Shown here: piece after piece, positions 28,992 to 38,341 of the stretch
How the letters are laid out: each line of letters opens with the position of its first letter
Position numbering within the stretch: the first letter of the stretch is position 1
DNA from: Bacteroidales bacterium
Lineage (GTDB): Bacteria > Bacteroidota > Bacteroidia > Bacteroidales > WCHB1-69
Assembly: GCA_012518765.1 (NCBI GenBank)
Contig: JAAYRN010000179.1
Coordinates: 1-39,482, forward strand
Length of the DNA: 39,482 nt
Reading direction: 5' to 3'
Made by a program: the position numbers and the translations under genes
The notes under the pieces: generated by a model
What the model saw: the letters and a program-made list of their open reading frames with translations, nothing else
Databases searched by the model: none
Told to the model about the DNA's origin: nothing

Positions 28992-30142
28992 TGTTTCACA
29001 ATTGTTTTAATTTCGTGAACTACGCTGTAAATATCTTCATCTGATAAAGCAGAACCCGATGGCAAGCACAAACCTTGATGAAATAAAGATTCCGACACTC
29101 CACTTTCGTAAAATGGATATTGCTGAAATACAGGTTGTAAGTGCATGGGTTTCCACAACAAACGCGATTCAATATTTTTACTTTCGAGGTATATTCTTAT
29201 GTCGTTGTTTGAACAATTGGTTTGTTTTTCATCTACAAGTATACAGCTCAACCAAAAATTAGATTCAAAATCTTCGGTTGGATTTTGCTGAACAGAAATA
29301 CCTTTTATATCTTTTAGCAAATCTGTATACAACTGGTGTATTTCTCTTCTTCGTTGAATATGAGACTCTAAAACCATCATTTGCCCTCTTCCTATTCCTG
29401 CACAAATATTACTCATTCGGTAATTATAACCTATTTTTTTATGGTGGTAATACGGACGATTTTCCCGCGATTGGGTAGCGTAAAATTTAGCTGTATCCGC
29501 ATCTTCGGCATGATGACAAATTAAAGCACCTCCTCCTGAGGTAGTTATAATTTTATTTCCGTTAAAGCTCAGTATACCAAAACATCCAAAAACTCCACAT
29601 TTTTTATATTTATAAACAGAACCTAATGCTTCGGCGGCATCTTCTACTATGGGAATATTAAAATCCTGTGCAATTGCCGAAATTTCGTCCATTTTAGCTG
29701 GCATTCCATACAAATGAACCACAATAATGGCTTTGGGATACTTTCCTGCCTCTGCTTTGCGATCCAAAATAGCTTTTCGTAATAAATCGGGCGACATATT
29801 CCATGTATCCCATTCACTATCGACAAATACAGGTTTAGCTCCTTGATAGACAATGGGGTTTGCACTTGCCGAAAAAGTAAAAGACTGACAAATTACTTCA
29901 TCCCCGTAAGTTACTCCTAACTGAATAAGAGCCAAATGAATAGCTGCCGTTCCAGAGGAAAGTGCTACCGCATGCAATGATTCTTTGTTGTTTCCTAAGT
30001 AGTTTTCTAATGCCTGTTCAAAAGCATCTACATTGGGACCCAAGGGAACCACCCAGTTGGCATCAAAAGCCTCTTTGATAAACTCTTGCTCCTGTCCTCC
30101 CATGTGAGCCAGCGACAAATAAATTCTTTTGTTTTCCTCCAT
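28988..30142 (-). CDS. DegT/DnrJ/EryC1/StrS-family PLP aminotransferase (PglE/WcfR-like nucleotide-sugar 4-aminotransferase)
   Basis: 384 aa. Typical family blocks, including the PLP-lysine region SFNGNKIITTSGGGAL. Confidence 0.85.
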   Translation of the reverse strand: MEENKRIYLSLAHMGGQEQEFIKEAFDANWVVPLGPNVDAFEQALENYLGNNKESLHAVALSSGTAAIHLALIQLGVTYGDEVICQSFTFSASANPIVYQGAKPVFVDSEWDTWNMSPDLLRKAILDRKAEAGKYPKAIIVVHLYGMPAKMDEISAIAQDFNIPIVEDAAEALGSVYKYKKCGVFGCFGILSFNGNKIITTSGGGALICHHAEDADTAKFYATQSRENRPYYHHKKIGYNYRMSNICAGIGRGQMMVLESHIQRRREIHQLYTDLLKDIKGISVQQNPTEDFESNFWLSCILVDEKQTNCSNNDIRIYLESKNIESRLLWKPMHLQPVFQQYPFYESGVSESLFHQGLCLPSGSALSDEDIYSVVHEIKTIVKQ

Positions 30143-30747
30143 TATTTATAAAAATTATCCAAGTCTTTACCTATAAACGTATACCAAAGTATTTTCATAT
30201 CTAAAAAGAAAGAATAATGTGCCAAATACGCTAAATTTATCCGAATTTTATCGGGAAATATCACGGTATCATTGTATAATACTGGATTTTCCACCTTGGC
30301 AAGTAATTCTTCTTCGTTTCTATATTTTAAAGTAGCTAAACCTGTAATGCCAGGACGAAGGCTTAGTATTTTTCGGTCATCTCCTTGTAATTTATCGGCA
30401 TAACCAGGTACATCGGGACGAGGTCCTACAAAACTCATGTCGCCTATTAGCACATTCCACAATTCGGGTAATTCGTCTAATTTTAAGCGTCTTAGCTTTG
30501 CTCCTAAGGGTGTAATACGCGATTCGCCCCTTACCGAAATGGGTGAGCCTCCATGATTAGCAACCATGGTACGAAATTTATACATTGTAAAACTTTTGCC
30601 GTTTCGTCCTATGCGTTGCTGCCGATATATAGCAGGTTGCTTGGGAGATTCTAATTTAACTAATATAGCTATTATCAATAAAATAGGGCTAAAAAACAAC
30701 AATCCTAACAAAGACACAATGCGATCAAAAATAAATTTTACAATCAT
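30142..30747 (-). CDS. small monotopic phosphoglycosyl transferase (bacterial sugar transferase, PglC/WcfS-like initiating enzyme)
   Basis: 201 aa. One N-terminal re-entrant helix. Hallmark motifs LKLDELPELWNVLIGDMSFVGPRP and PGITGLA. Confidence 0.85.
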   Translation of the reverse strand: MIVKFIFDRIVSLLGLLFFSPILLIIAILVKLESPKQPAIYRQQRIGRNGKSFTMYKFRTMVANHGGSPISVRGESRITPLGAKLRRLKLDELPELWNVLIGDMSFVGPRPDVPGYADKLQGDDRKILSLRPGITGLATLKYRNEEELLAKVENPVLYNDTVIFPDKIRINLAYLAHYSFFLDMKILWYTFIGKDLDNFYK

Positions 30748-30836
30748 TTTTTTACGTGTTTTTTATACTTCTTTGCATTACTTTATATATATAATACCTC
30801 TATTATCAGATGAAAACAATATAAATCTACTATAAG

Positions 30837-30844
30837 CAAAAGTA
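30837..30844 (-). promoter_or_regulatory. -7 box (TActTTTG, minus strand) upstream of the sugar-transferase sub-operon
   Basis: Exact match, ~90 nt upstream of the ATG at 30747. Confidence 0.4.
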
Positions 30845-30980
30845 CACTTTTTTTTGGCTCATCTGTTTTCAAACAATTAATTTCTTTACTTGAAAAATGT
30901 AACTATCAATTGAATAAAATATTTTATTGAATTATGTTAAGAAATCTTTATTTTAAGTTGATTTATCAAAAAAATAATTA

Positions 30981-30988
30981 TAACTTTG
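30981..30988 (+). promoter_or_regulatory. -7 box TAacTTTG upstream of the plus-strand lipoprotein gene
   Basis: Exact match, ~114 nt upstream of the ATG at 31102. Confidence 0.4.
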
Positions 30989-31101
30989 CCCCAGTATTCT
31001 AAAAGATTGATAATAGGTTCTACAATCTTGATAAGGAACAGTAGCCTATTGAATTGGCTAAAAAAATATTTTTTAGAACCTACCAAAAAAAATAAAGCAT
31101 T

Positions 31102-31641
31102 ATGAAACGAAACATTTATTTTATTTTAGCTTCTATTTTTATAGCAAGCATGGCATTTATCAGTTGCGATAAAGAGCCCGACAACGAAAATGGAGACGGT
31201 AACAATAACGACACCAATGGGACGCAAACAAGTGTTCATCACTATTTTACAGCAGCCAGTGATGGAAACATTATTTCACTAACGATTGATAGAAATAATT
31301 TCACTTACAGTTTCATAAACGAAACCACTAACGAATCAGGTAGTGGTACGTTAAAATTATCTTCCAATCCTAAATTAAGCGGTGTGTTTGAAACTACAAT
31401 TTCAGGAAAAACACACTACACTATTGAACTCCCAGGTGTAGCTGTAATTAGCTCTATCCCTCTGGGTAACACCCTTAATAAAATTTGCTTTGGAGTTTCA
31501 TCCGATATTCATGAACAAAACAACTATACCATGAGCGACTTTGTAGCTAAGTATTTGTTTCTCAACTTTGATGATTCAGAAAAAGACCCTAATACCTTCT
31601 TAGGTGGTTATGAAATTTTCGATAATGGAACCTACACATAG
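31102..31641 (+). CDS. hypothetical lipoprotein, N-terminal part of a gene interrupted by an in-frame TAG
   Basis: Lipobox MAFISC. The ORF stops at TAG 31639-31641, and the next ORF is in the same frame with no other stop in between. Confidence 0.55.
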   Translation: MKRNIYFILASIFIASMAFISCDKEPDNENGDGNNNDTNGTQTSVHHYFTAASDGNIISLTIDRNNFTYSFINETTNESGSGTLKLSSNPKLSGVFETTISGKTHYTIELPGVAVISSIPLGNTLNKICFGVSSDIHEQNNYTMSDFVAKYLFLNFDDSEKDPNTFLGGYEIFDNGTYT

Positions 31642-31683
31642 GAATTTGCTAATTCCGATTTTAACTCTGTTAATTTTGCAGGT

Positions 31684-32205
31684 ATGGGTAGTGGAAGTAT
31701 CAGCTTCGTCGAAAGAAATAAATCCAGATTAGAATTTGTTGAATCTGATGGCTATTCTGCTATTGGAAGTATATACCCTGGAAAATTATTTGTAATGGAC
31801 AACGGTCCAGGTTGGGGCTTTTCTGTGGGTGTTGAATATCCTTCTGTAGCTGTTTCACAAAGTCAAATTGCAGGCACATATAAAATGCTTACAATAACTA
31901 CACATGCAGGGGTATCGGCAGGTTATTTTTCTGTTCCAGCAAGTGGAAAAGATGTTGTTTTTTATGAAAAATACAATGATGGAACTTTCTATGAATCTTC
32001 GCAAGAAGGAACAACAATAAATTCTTTTGAGAGAATTTCAAGTTTAAACAATATTTTCAAAGTAGTACTAACTATAGATGAAGATGGAACACCTTGGCAA
32101 ACATCAGCTTATTTGGTTTTATTGCCCAATGAAATGATGATATATTTTTCTACAGACCCCGATGGAAGCATAGGAGGATATGGTTTGGCTTTAAAAGTAG
32201 ATTAA
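31684..32205 (+). CDS. hypothetical protein, C-terminal part of the interrupted lipoprotein gene (possibly lipocalin-like)
   Basis: Same reading frame as 31102..31641. It has no signal peptide of its own. The first in-frame ATG is 14 codons after the TAG. Confidence 0.45.
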   Translation: MGSGSISFVERNKSRLEFVESDGYSAIGSIYPGKLFVMDNGPGWGFSVGVEYPSVAVSQSQIAGTYKMLTITTHAGVSAGYFSVPASGKDVVFYEKYNDGTFYESSQEGTTINSFERISSLNNIFKVVLTIDEDGTPWQTSAYLVLLPNEMMIYFSTDPDGSIGGYGLALKVD

Positions 32206-33209
32206 TTTTTTTTGCCACCAAAAAGAGATGTAATTATCCCTACCAAAGAGCCTATTCCATAGGATAGGTGTAGGGCGAAAAATGTAATTAGTAAGTATAG
32301 TATATTCCCTTTTTTCTGAATGGCTAAGGAAATGGAAACGTACGTTATTAATAGCAAATAGGCAAACAAACTCGCTATGGCTATGTATATAAATTTCAGG
32401 TTAATTATAGCCAGCAAAGCAGGTAAAATCAAAGATAACACAAAAATTAAAGGGACAAAATGCCTTATGGATAAGGTGTCAAATGCCTTTGTATACGATA
32501 GAGTAAGCACATTCCATTTCCCATTTTGGAAATTATTTTTCATAATGGCTTTCCAGGTTTCTCGGGCGTAATAGGTACAATAAATGTCGGGGATTAAAAA
32601 TATCTTGCCGCCTCCGCGTTTGATTCTTCGGTTCAATTCTATGTCTTGATTTCGAGTTAAACGTGTGTCGTACAAGCCAAAACGCTCAAACACATCTTTT
32701 TTATAGCAACCAAAAGGGACAGTATCAACTTCCATAATTTTATCTGTGCCTATGCGAAAATAAGAATTGCCCACTCCAAATTTATTGGCAAGTACCTCTT
32801 TGATAGCTAAGGTTTTTTTGTTTTTATGGAATACATCTGTATTCCATACACCACCTACATTATCAGCATTTAACTCCTTAAGATACCTTACTAAAGCAGG
32901 AAAATAATTCGGAGGATAGTCCGAATGAGCATCTATTCGAATAATAACTTCTCCTTTCGCTTCCTTGATTCCCTGATTCATAGCATAAGGAACGGTTTTA
33001 TGTGGATTAGATAAAAGTTTAATATAATTATGCTCTTTGGAGTAACTTAAAATAATATCTCTAGTTTTATCAGAACTCATCCCATCGACAAATAAAACCT
33101 CCATATTTTCTTTGGGATAATCGGATTGAATAATAGCTTCTAAGCAATTAGCTATGTATGTTTCTTCATTATATGTAGGACAAATTACAGTTATCATTGT
33201 ATATAGCAT
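32202..33209 (-). CDS. glycosyltransferase family 2 (ExoA-like) with C-terminal transmembrane helices
   Basis: 335 aa. Motifs ICPTYNEE, VDGMSSD, RIDAH and NQDIELNRR, followed by a hydrophobic C-terminus. Confidence 0.8.
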   Translation of the reverse strand: MLYTMITVICPTYNEETYIANCLEAIIQSDYPKENMEVLFVDGMSSDKTRDIILSYSKEHNYIKLLSNPHKTVPYAMNQGIKEAKGEVIIRIDAHSDYPPNYFPALVRYLKELNADNVGGVWNTDVFHKNKKTLAIKEVLANKFGVGNSYFRIGTDKIMEVDTVPFGCYKKDVFERFGLYDTRLTRNQDIELNRRIKRGGGKIFLIPDIYCTYYARETWKAIMKNNFQNGKWNVLTLSYTKAFDTLSIRHFVPLIFVLSLILPALLAIINLKFIYIAIASLFAYLLLITYVSISLAIQKKGNILYLLITFFALHLSYGIGSLVGIITSLFGGKKN

Positions 33210-34006
33210 TATTTAAACATTTGTATGATTATAGCCACTACACGCGATGCGTATAACAAAAAATTATAATTACGTATATCTTTTATGTAAACTTTCGTAT
33301 AAGAACAGAGTAATTTAAAAGTATTTATCATTTTCATGCTCATTGCTTTTTGCAATCGAGAGGCTGACTTTGGACGAATTCGGCGGTAATATGTTGTATT
33401 GACCAAATAAATTTTTTTAATCTTATCGGAAATACTAAACATAAACAAAGAATCTTCTCCTATGGCAAAACGCTCATCGAAACGCCTATGTTGAATAATC
33501 TCTTTACTGATTATTTTTGCACAACTCGATGAAAGGAAAGATCTTAATTTAAAAATATTCTGTGAAGATGTGTCTTTATTTTTAGTAAAACTTTGAGTTA
33601 TATAATCATCGCCCCCGTCTCCTAATTTTTCATAAAAAGTTTTCACATTAGAAACAGCAATTGAGTTTTCACTACTCATTTTCAATAAAATAGATAAATA
33701 ATTTGGGGCTATTATGTCGTCGTCGTCTACAAAAGCAATATAGTCTCCTTTGGCTGCTTCTATTCCCTTGTTTCTTGCATTTGACACTCCCGCTTGTTTA
33801 CTATAAATCAATTTAGTATGTATTGTTTCTTGTAAATTTTCTTGTATAAAAAGTTCTATTTCTTTTTGGTAAGGTTGTTGAATACCATTTAACACCAAAA
33901 TAATTTCAAATAAATCGTGCGATAAGTCTTGATTTTTCAAAGACAGTAAGCATTCATATATGTAGCTTTCAGGTTTATATGTAGGTACAACAACACTTAT
34001 TTGCAT
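33209..34006 (-). CDS. glycosyltransferase family 2
   Basis: 265 aa. Motifs VVVPTYKPE, NARNKGIEAAKGDYIAFVDDDD and GEDSLF. Confidence 0.75.
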   Translation of the reverse strand: MQISVVVPTYKPESYIYECLLSLKNQDLSHDLFEIILVLNGIQQPYQKEIELFIQENLQETIHTKLIYSKQAGVSNARNKGIEAAKGDYIAFVDDDDIIAPNYLSILLKMSSENSIAVSNVKTFYEKLGDGGDDYITQSFTKNKDTSSQNIFKLRSFLSSSCAKIISKEIIQHRRFDERFAIGEDSLFMFSISDKIKKIYLVNTTYYRRIRPKSASRLQKAMSMKMINTFKLLCSYTKVYIKDIRNYNFLLYASRVVAIIIQMFK

Positions 34007-34023
34007 AATTGATAGTATTTTAA

Positions 34024-35154
34024 TTATTTATTTTCTTTATGATAGGGGCTGTGTTGATAGTTATAAGTGGTTCGTTCCTCAAAACTGGGATATTTTCCTT
34101 TTACAAAATAAGGTATGTAATTAGTATAAGGCACATACCTAAAATCGTCGAAAACTCGAGCTGTCGAAATTAATGATAATAACAACAAATATATTATATA
34201 CATGATACGGGATTTGTATTCAAAAATTGTTATAAGAGCGACTATTACAACCGTATAAAACACACAGAAATAATACAGCATTCTTCCAAAAATCTCTATG
34301 GTTATGGCTATTCTATAAAACAATAAATACATAATTGCTGCATTGAACAGTAGCACTCCATTTTTCAGTAACTCAATTCGTTTGCGGTAAAACATTAAAA
34401 GTCCAAAAAACAGAACATGTATAATGGTTCCCAATGAAAGAAACCTTCCCTCGTTGCTTATGGTGTAGGATTCTATTTTTCGAGATACATAAGGTACCCA
34501 GCCAAAAACCTTCGAAAGTATAGTCCAAAAAAACTCGGGAGTAGCAAATACGGTATAAACAAGTACAAATATGAGAATGTGAACTTTAGAAGGAACTCGT
34601 TTGGTAAAATAAAAATAAACGGGTAGCATAATAATGGCTGAAATATGAAACGTTATTGCAATTCCTACAAACAAGAAATACATCCAAAAATTTCGTTCTA
34701 ATAAGTATTTAATCCCTGTGGTACAAATAGCCACGGCTATTAGGTTTCGCATAGGATTATCGATAAATAAATACAAGCCATACCATGCCACAAAAAACAT
34801 TAAAGATATAAATATATAATCCTCAGAATATTTAATAAGTACATTTACCAATAAAATAAAAACAACAACTTTGGTGAATATGTAAAAATGCCAAAAATCA
34901 ACTTGCAGTAATTTGAAAGGATACATGTATACATAATAACCTGGTTCAACTTTACAGGTTGAAAATAAGGCATATATATCTATTTCATTGTACATAATTT
35001 CATAGCTTCTCCAATCGGAGCCGGGCATGTAACTAAAACACAAAAACACACAAAGATAGGCAAGCATGATAAAAAGCCATGTTTTATTGTCTTTCAGTTG
35101 CTTACTGATTCCCGATATAAAACACAATAATATGGTTATGAAATAAATTGCCAT
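34024..35154 (-). CDS. EpsG-family / Wzy-like polysaccharide polymerase
   Basis: 376 aa and polytopic (about 10 hydrophobic helices). The N-terminal SDWRSYEIMY motif is typical of EpsG-family proteins. Confidence 0.6.
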   Translation of the reverse strand: MAIYFITILLCFISGISKQLKDNKTWLFIMLAYLCVFLCFSYMPGSDWRSYEIMYNEIDIYALFSTCKVEPGYYVYMYPFKLLQVDFWHFYIFTKVVVFILLVNVLIKYSEDYIFISLMFFVAWYGLYLFIDNPMRNLIAVAICTTGIKYLLERNFWMYFLFVGIAITFHISAIIMLPVYFYFTKRVPSKVHILIFVLVYTVFATPEFFWTILSKVFGWVPYVSRKIESYTISNEGRFLSLGTIIHVLFFGLLMFYRKRIELLKNGVLLFNAAIMYLLFYRIAITIEIFGRMLYYFCVFYTVVIVALITIFEYKSRIMYIIYLLLLSLISTARVFDDFRYVPYTNYIPYFVKGKYPSFEERTTYNYQHSPYHKENK

Positions 35155-35161
35155 TCTTTTG

Positions 35162-36376
35162 TTAAAACTGATTGTATATGTTAACGACCTCTTTTGCTGT
35201 ATATTCTTGTTTTATAGGAGGAACAATGGACAAGTTCCCGTTTTTAAAATCATTGTAAATAAGGTTTAATGTTGCTTTGATTGCCTCTACTTGAGTACAA
35301 TCGGCAAAATATCGGATATGTCCTTCTTGATATAAATCGTGTAATACGCCTACCGCTGGACTAATAGCAAATATTTGTTTTCTACATTGCATATAATCAC
35401 TTACTTTGGTTGGTAAAAATATTCCTTCCTGACAAGGAGCTTCTATAATCACACTCACATCGTAGGTTTTAACTATTTCTAAACTTTTCGTATACTCGAC
35501 AGCAGGTAAGTGTTTTATCTTTTCTTTTAACTCATATTTTTCCAATAATTTCGTAAAGTTTTCGGGCAAAACACCCATAAAGGCAACTTCCATATCTAAA
35601 TCTTGATGCTCGCTATAGAAAAGATGTAAAGCATGTAAAAACGGCTCTGGATTGCGTGGATGAGATACATTTCCTGTGTGTATAAGTTTCAGTTTATCAT
35701 TATTTTGTTCTGTTTTTGAACAAGTATCTAACAAAGCAACATGAGGGATGATACGTGTTTTTTCTATAGTTACTTTTAAGTATTTCAACATATAATCTCT
35801 CAAGCGATTTGAAGGAAACACATGTATATCGGGATAGGTATTCATAATGGGTATCAATCGTTTACTTCCCCAAAAAACCTCTGCATCTACTCCCTTTCCG
35901 TAAGGTTCAGGATATTTTTCAGTGGGATATGGATCGTTCCATGTAGCAATCCATTTTAATCCGTGTTTTTTCTTTATATAATAGCCTATTAATTCAGCGG
36001 GAGCATTTTTGGTTAATATATAATCGTAAGATTCTTGTTTTACTAATCGTTTGGCTTTTTTGAGGGCTAAGTATGCCCAATGAGCTCCTTTAAATACAAC
36101 ACCAAAAGTAAAAAATGTAAGTATATGATAAAAAATAGTTTTGATTGTCAATTTATTATCCACTCCTACTACAGTCAAACTGTGAAGAGATATTCCAAAC
36201 TCATCCATTTGCTGATAAGGATAGTTTGCCCATTTCATATCCTTTGAAATAACATCTATTTGATAACCCTCCTCTGTCAAGGCTTTCAGAAGTTTAACAT
36301 TTACAATGGATTCGGCTCCCATAATGGGAAAAGAAGCCGGAGCGATAAATAATATTTTTTTACTTTTATGTTCCAT
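35162..36376 (-). CDS. glycosyltransferase, GT-B fold (GT4-like)
   Basis: 404 aa. The N-terminus KILFIAPASFPIMGAESIV and the C-terminal acidic motif region EGIFLPTKVSDYM resemble GT4-type enzymes. Confidence 0.55.
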   Translation of the reverse strand: MEHKSKKILFIAPASFPIMGAESIVNVKLLKALTEEGYQIDVISKDMKWANYPYQQMDEFGISLHSLTVVGVDNKLTIKTIFYHILTFFTFGVVFKGAHWAYLALKKAKRLVKQESYDYILTKNAPAELIGYYIKKKHGLKWIATWNDPYPTEKYPEPYGKGVDAEVFWGSKRLIPIMNTYPDIHVFPSNRLRDYMLKYLKVTIEKTRIIPHVALLDTCSKTEQNNDKLKLIHTGNVSHPRNPEPFLHALHLFYSEHQDLDMEVAFMGVLPENFTKLLEKYELKEKIKHLPAVEYTKSLEIVKTYDVSVIIEAPCQEGIFLPTKVSDYMQCRKQIFAISPAVGVLHDLYQEGHIRYFADCTQVEAIKATLNLIYNDFKNGNLSIVPPIKQEYTAKEVVNIYNQF

Positions 36377-36385
36377 GTAGAGGTT

Positions 36386-37540
36386 TTATTGTATTTCCAA
36401 CAGTGCTTTTACAATTCGTTTACAAGCCTTTCCATCTCCATAAGGATTGATAGCTTGGCTCATTTTATTGTATAATAATTTGTTATCTAATAGCTCTGAA
36501 ACTTCATTTACAATTGTATCGTAGCAGGTTCCAACCAATTTAACCGTTCCTGCTTCTACGGCTTCGGGGCGTTCTGTTACATCTCGCATCACCAAAACAG
36601 GTTTTCCCAAACTGGGTGCTTCTTCCTGTATGCCACCACTATCTGTTAGTATCAAGGTGCTTTTTTCCATTAAATACACAAAGCTCAAATACTCCAAAGG
36701 TTCGATAAAAAACATATTGGGAATAACGGCTTCGCCAAATATTTCATTAATAGGCTGTCTAACATTGGGGTTGAGGTGCATGGGATATATAAAATCTATG
36801 TCGGGATAAGAAGTTGTCAGGGTTTTTATGGCTTTACAAATGTGAATAAATCCATCACCAAAATTTTCTCTCCTATGCCCTGTTATCAAAACCATTTTTT
36901 TCCCTTGCTCCAAACGACTTGTATCGTAACCTTTAGTTTTCAATGTCTGATGAATTTCAGCCTGAATTTCTGTTTGTTTTTTTATCTTATCAACTACCCT
37001 ATACAAAGCATCAATGACCGTATTTCCTGTTTGAACGATTTGATTTTCAGGAACTTTTTCTTCTATTAAATTTTGTTTACTCAAGGCTGTGGGTGCAAAA
37101 TGATAGGTTGCTATTTTGGAAGTTATTTGACGATTCATTTCTTCGGGATAAGGGCTATATATGTCGTAGGTTCTCAAACCTGCTTCTATATGTCCTACAG
37201 GTATTTGCATATAAAACGATGCCAATGCTGCAGCAGTCGATGTGGTAGTATCGCCGTGTACAAGCACCATATCAGGGTGATTTTGTTGCAAAACACCTTT
37301 CAAACCGTTTAAAATAAGGGTAGTAATATCGTACAAATCTTGACCTCGTTTCATAATATTTAAATCAAAATCTGGTTCAACATCAAATATTTTCAATACT
37401 TGATCTAACATTTCGCGGTGTTGTCCTGTTACGCAAACCATGGTTTGAAATTTATCGGGGTGTAGTTGTAATTCTTTTACCAACGGTGCCATTCTAATGG
37501 CTTCAGGACGTGTTCCAAATACAAGTAATATTTTTTTCAT
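36386..37540 (-). CDS. wecB: UDP-N-acetylglucosamine 2-epimerase (non-hydrolysing)
   Basis: 384 aa. Motifs FGTRPEAIRMAPL, VHGDTTT, TGHRRENFG and DSGGIQEEAPSLGKPVLVMR. Confidence 0.9.
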   Translation of the reverse strand: MKKILLVFGTRPEAIRMAPLVKELQLHPDKFQTMVCVTGQHREMLDQVLKIFDVEPDFDLNIMKRGQDLYDITTLILNGLKGVLQQNHPDMVLVHGDTTTSTAAALASFYMQIPVGHIEAGLRTYDIYSPYPEEMNRQITSKIATYHFAPTALSKQNLIEEKVPENQIVQTGNTVIDALYRVVDKIKKQTEIQAEIHQTLKTKGYDTSRLEQGKKMVLITGHRRENFGDGFIHICKAIKTLTTSYPDIDFIYPMHLNPNVRQPINEIFGEAVIPNMFFIEPLEYLSFVYLMEKSTLILTDSGGIQEEAPSLGKPVLVMRDVTERPEAVEAGTVKLVGTCYDTIVNEVSELLDNKLLYNKMSQAINPYGDGKACKRIVKALLEIQ

Positions 37541-38340
37541 TCTATATAAAATTCAACTTTATTAATATGATTTTTAACTGTGTTCAAATCGGGCAATTGC
37601 ATATAATCTCCGTAAATTCTGCGTAAAAAAGAATCGTAATCGTGAGGTGCAGGAAATTTTTCTCCTTCAAAATCAAGTTCCAACAACGGAAAAATTTCTT
37701 CTTTTATACGGTATTTTAAAAATCCAGAACCATACGTATGGTATAAATGCTTACTTCCAATCATCTTTGCAAATAATCTAAAACATCTAAATACAATGTT
37801 ATACACAATCCATCGTACAAAATTAGCAAAACAAGTTTTTAGTTTATATTTATCAGTTTTAAACACACTGAAATAATACACTACCACTTGAAATTTCCTC
37901 CCCAAAACAGCCAATTTTTCTACAGAAGGCTCTAAGAGAAAAATATCTATATACAAACCTTTGTATGTATAATGGGTGTCTAATTTGTCATTATTTTCCG
38001 AAATACAAGAATGAACATCCCTTACTTTTGCGTAAGGAGCCATATAGTTTCTATCTGTTTTATTGGTTTGCAATACAAAGTCTTGGCTACATTCTCTTGG
38101 AAATATGTTGATAAATCGCTTAAAATCAGGACGAAGCATTTGTATGTCCAAATCGTCATCCCAAGGGATAAAACCCTGATGCCTAACCGCTCCTATCAAG
38201 GTGCCGCTGTCTAACCAATAGGGTATATTATATTTTTTACATACTCTATCTACCTCTTTCAATATTTCTAACATACGAAGTTGTGTTTTTCGCAATGTTG
38301 TTCCCTCTGCATTAAATGTATGTATGTTGTTTCCCTCCAT
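37537..38340 (-). CDS. LicD-family phosphotransferase
   Basis: 267 aa. Motifs YWLDSGTLIGAVRHQGFIPWDDDLDIQM and YGDYMQLP are LicD hallmarks. Confidence 0.8.
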   Translation of the reverse strand: MEGNNIHTFNAEGTTLRKTQLRMLEILKEVDRVCKKYNIPYWLDSGTLIGAVRHQGFIPWDDDLDIQMLRPDFKRFINIFPRECSQDFVLQTNKTDRNYMAPYAKVRDVHSCISENNDKLDTHYTYKGLYIDIFLLEPSVEKLAVLGRKFQVVVYYFSVFKTDKYKLKTCFANFVRWIVYNIVFRCFRLFAKMIGSKHLYHTYGSGFLKYRIKEEIFPLLELDFEGEKFPAPHDYDSFLRRIYGDYMQLPDLNTVKNHINKVEFYIE

Positions 38341-38341
38341 T

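Noticed and set aside
31639-31641. The in-frame TAG as programmed recoding (pyrrolysine or stop-codon reassignment).
   Set aside because: TAG serves as the natural stop of the full-length thiC (524-526) and of the AddB-like gene (23465-23467). No pyl-type genes are visible. A nonsense mutation or sequencing error is simpler.
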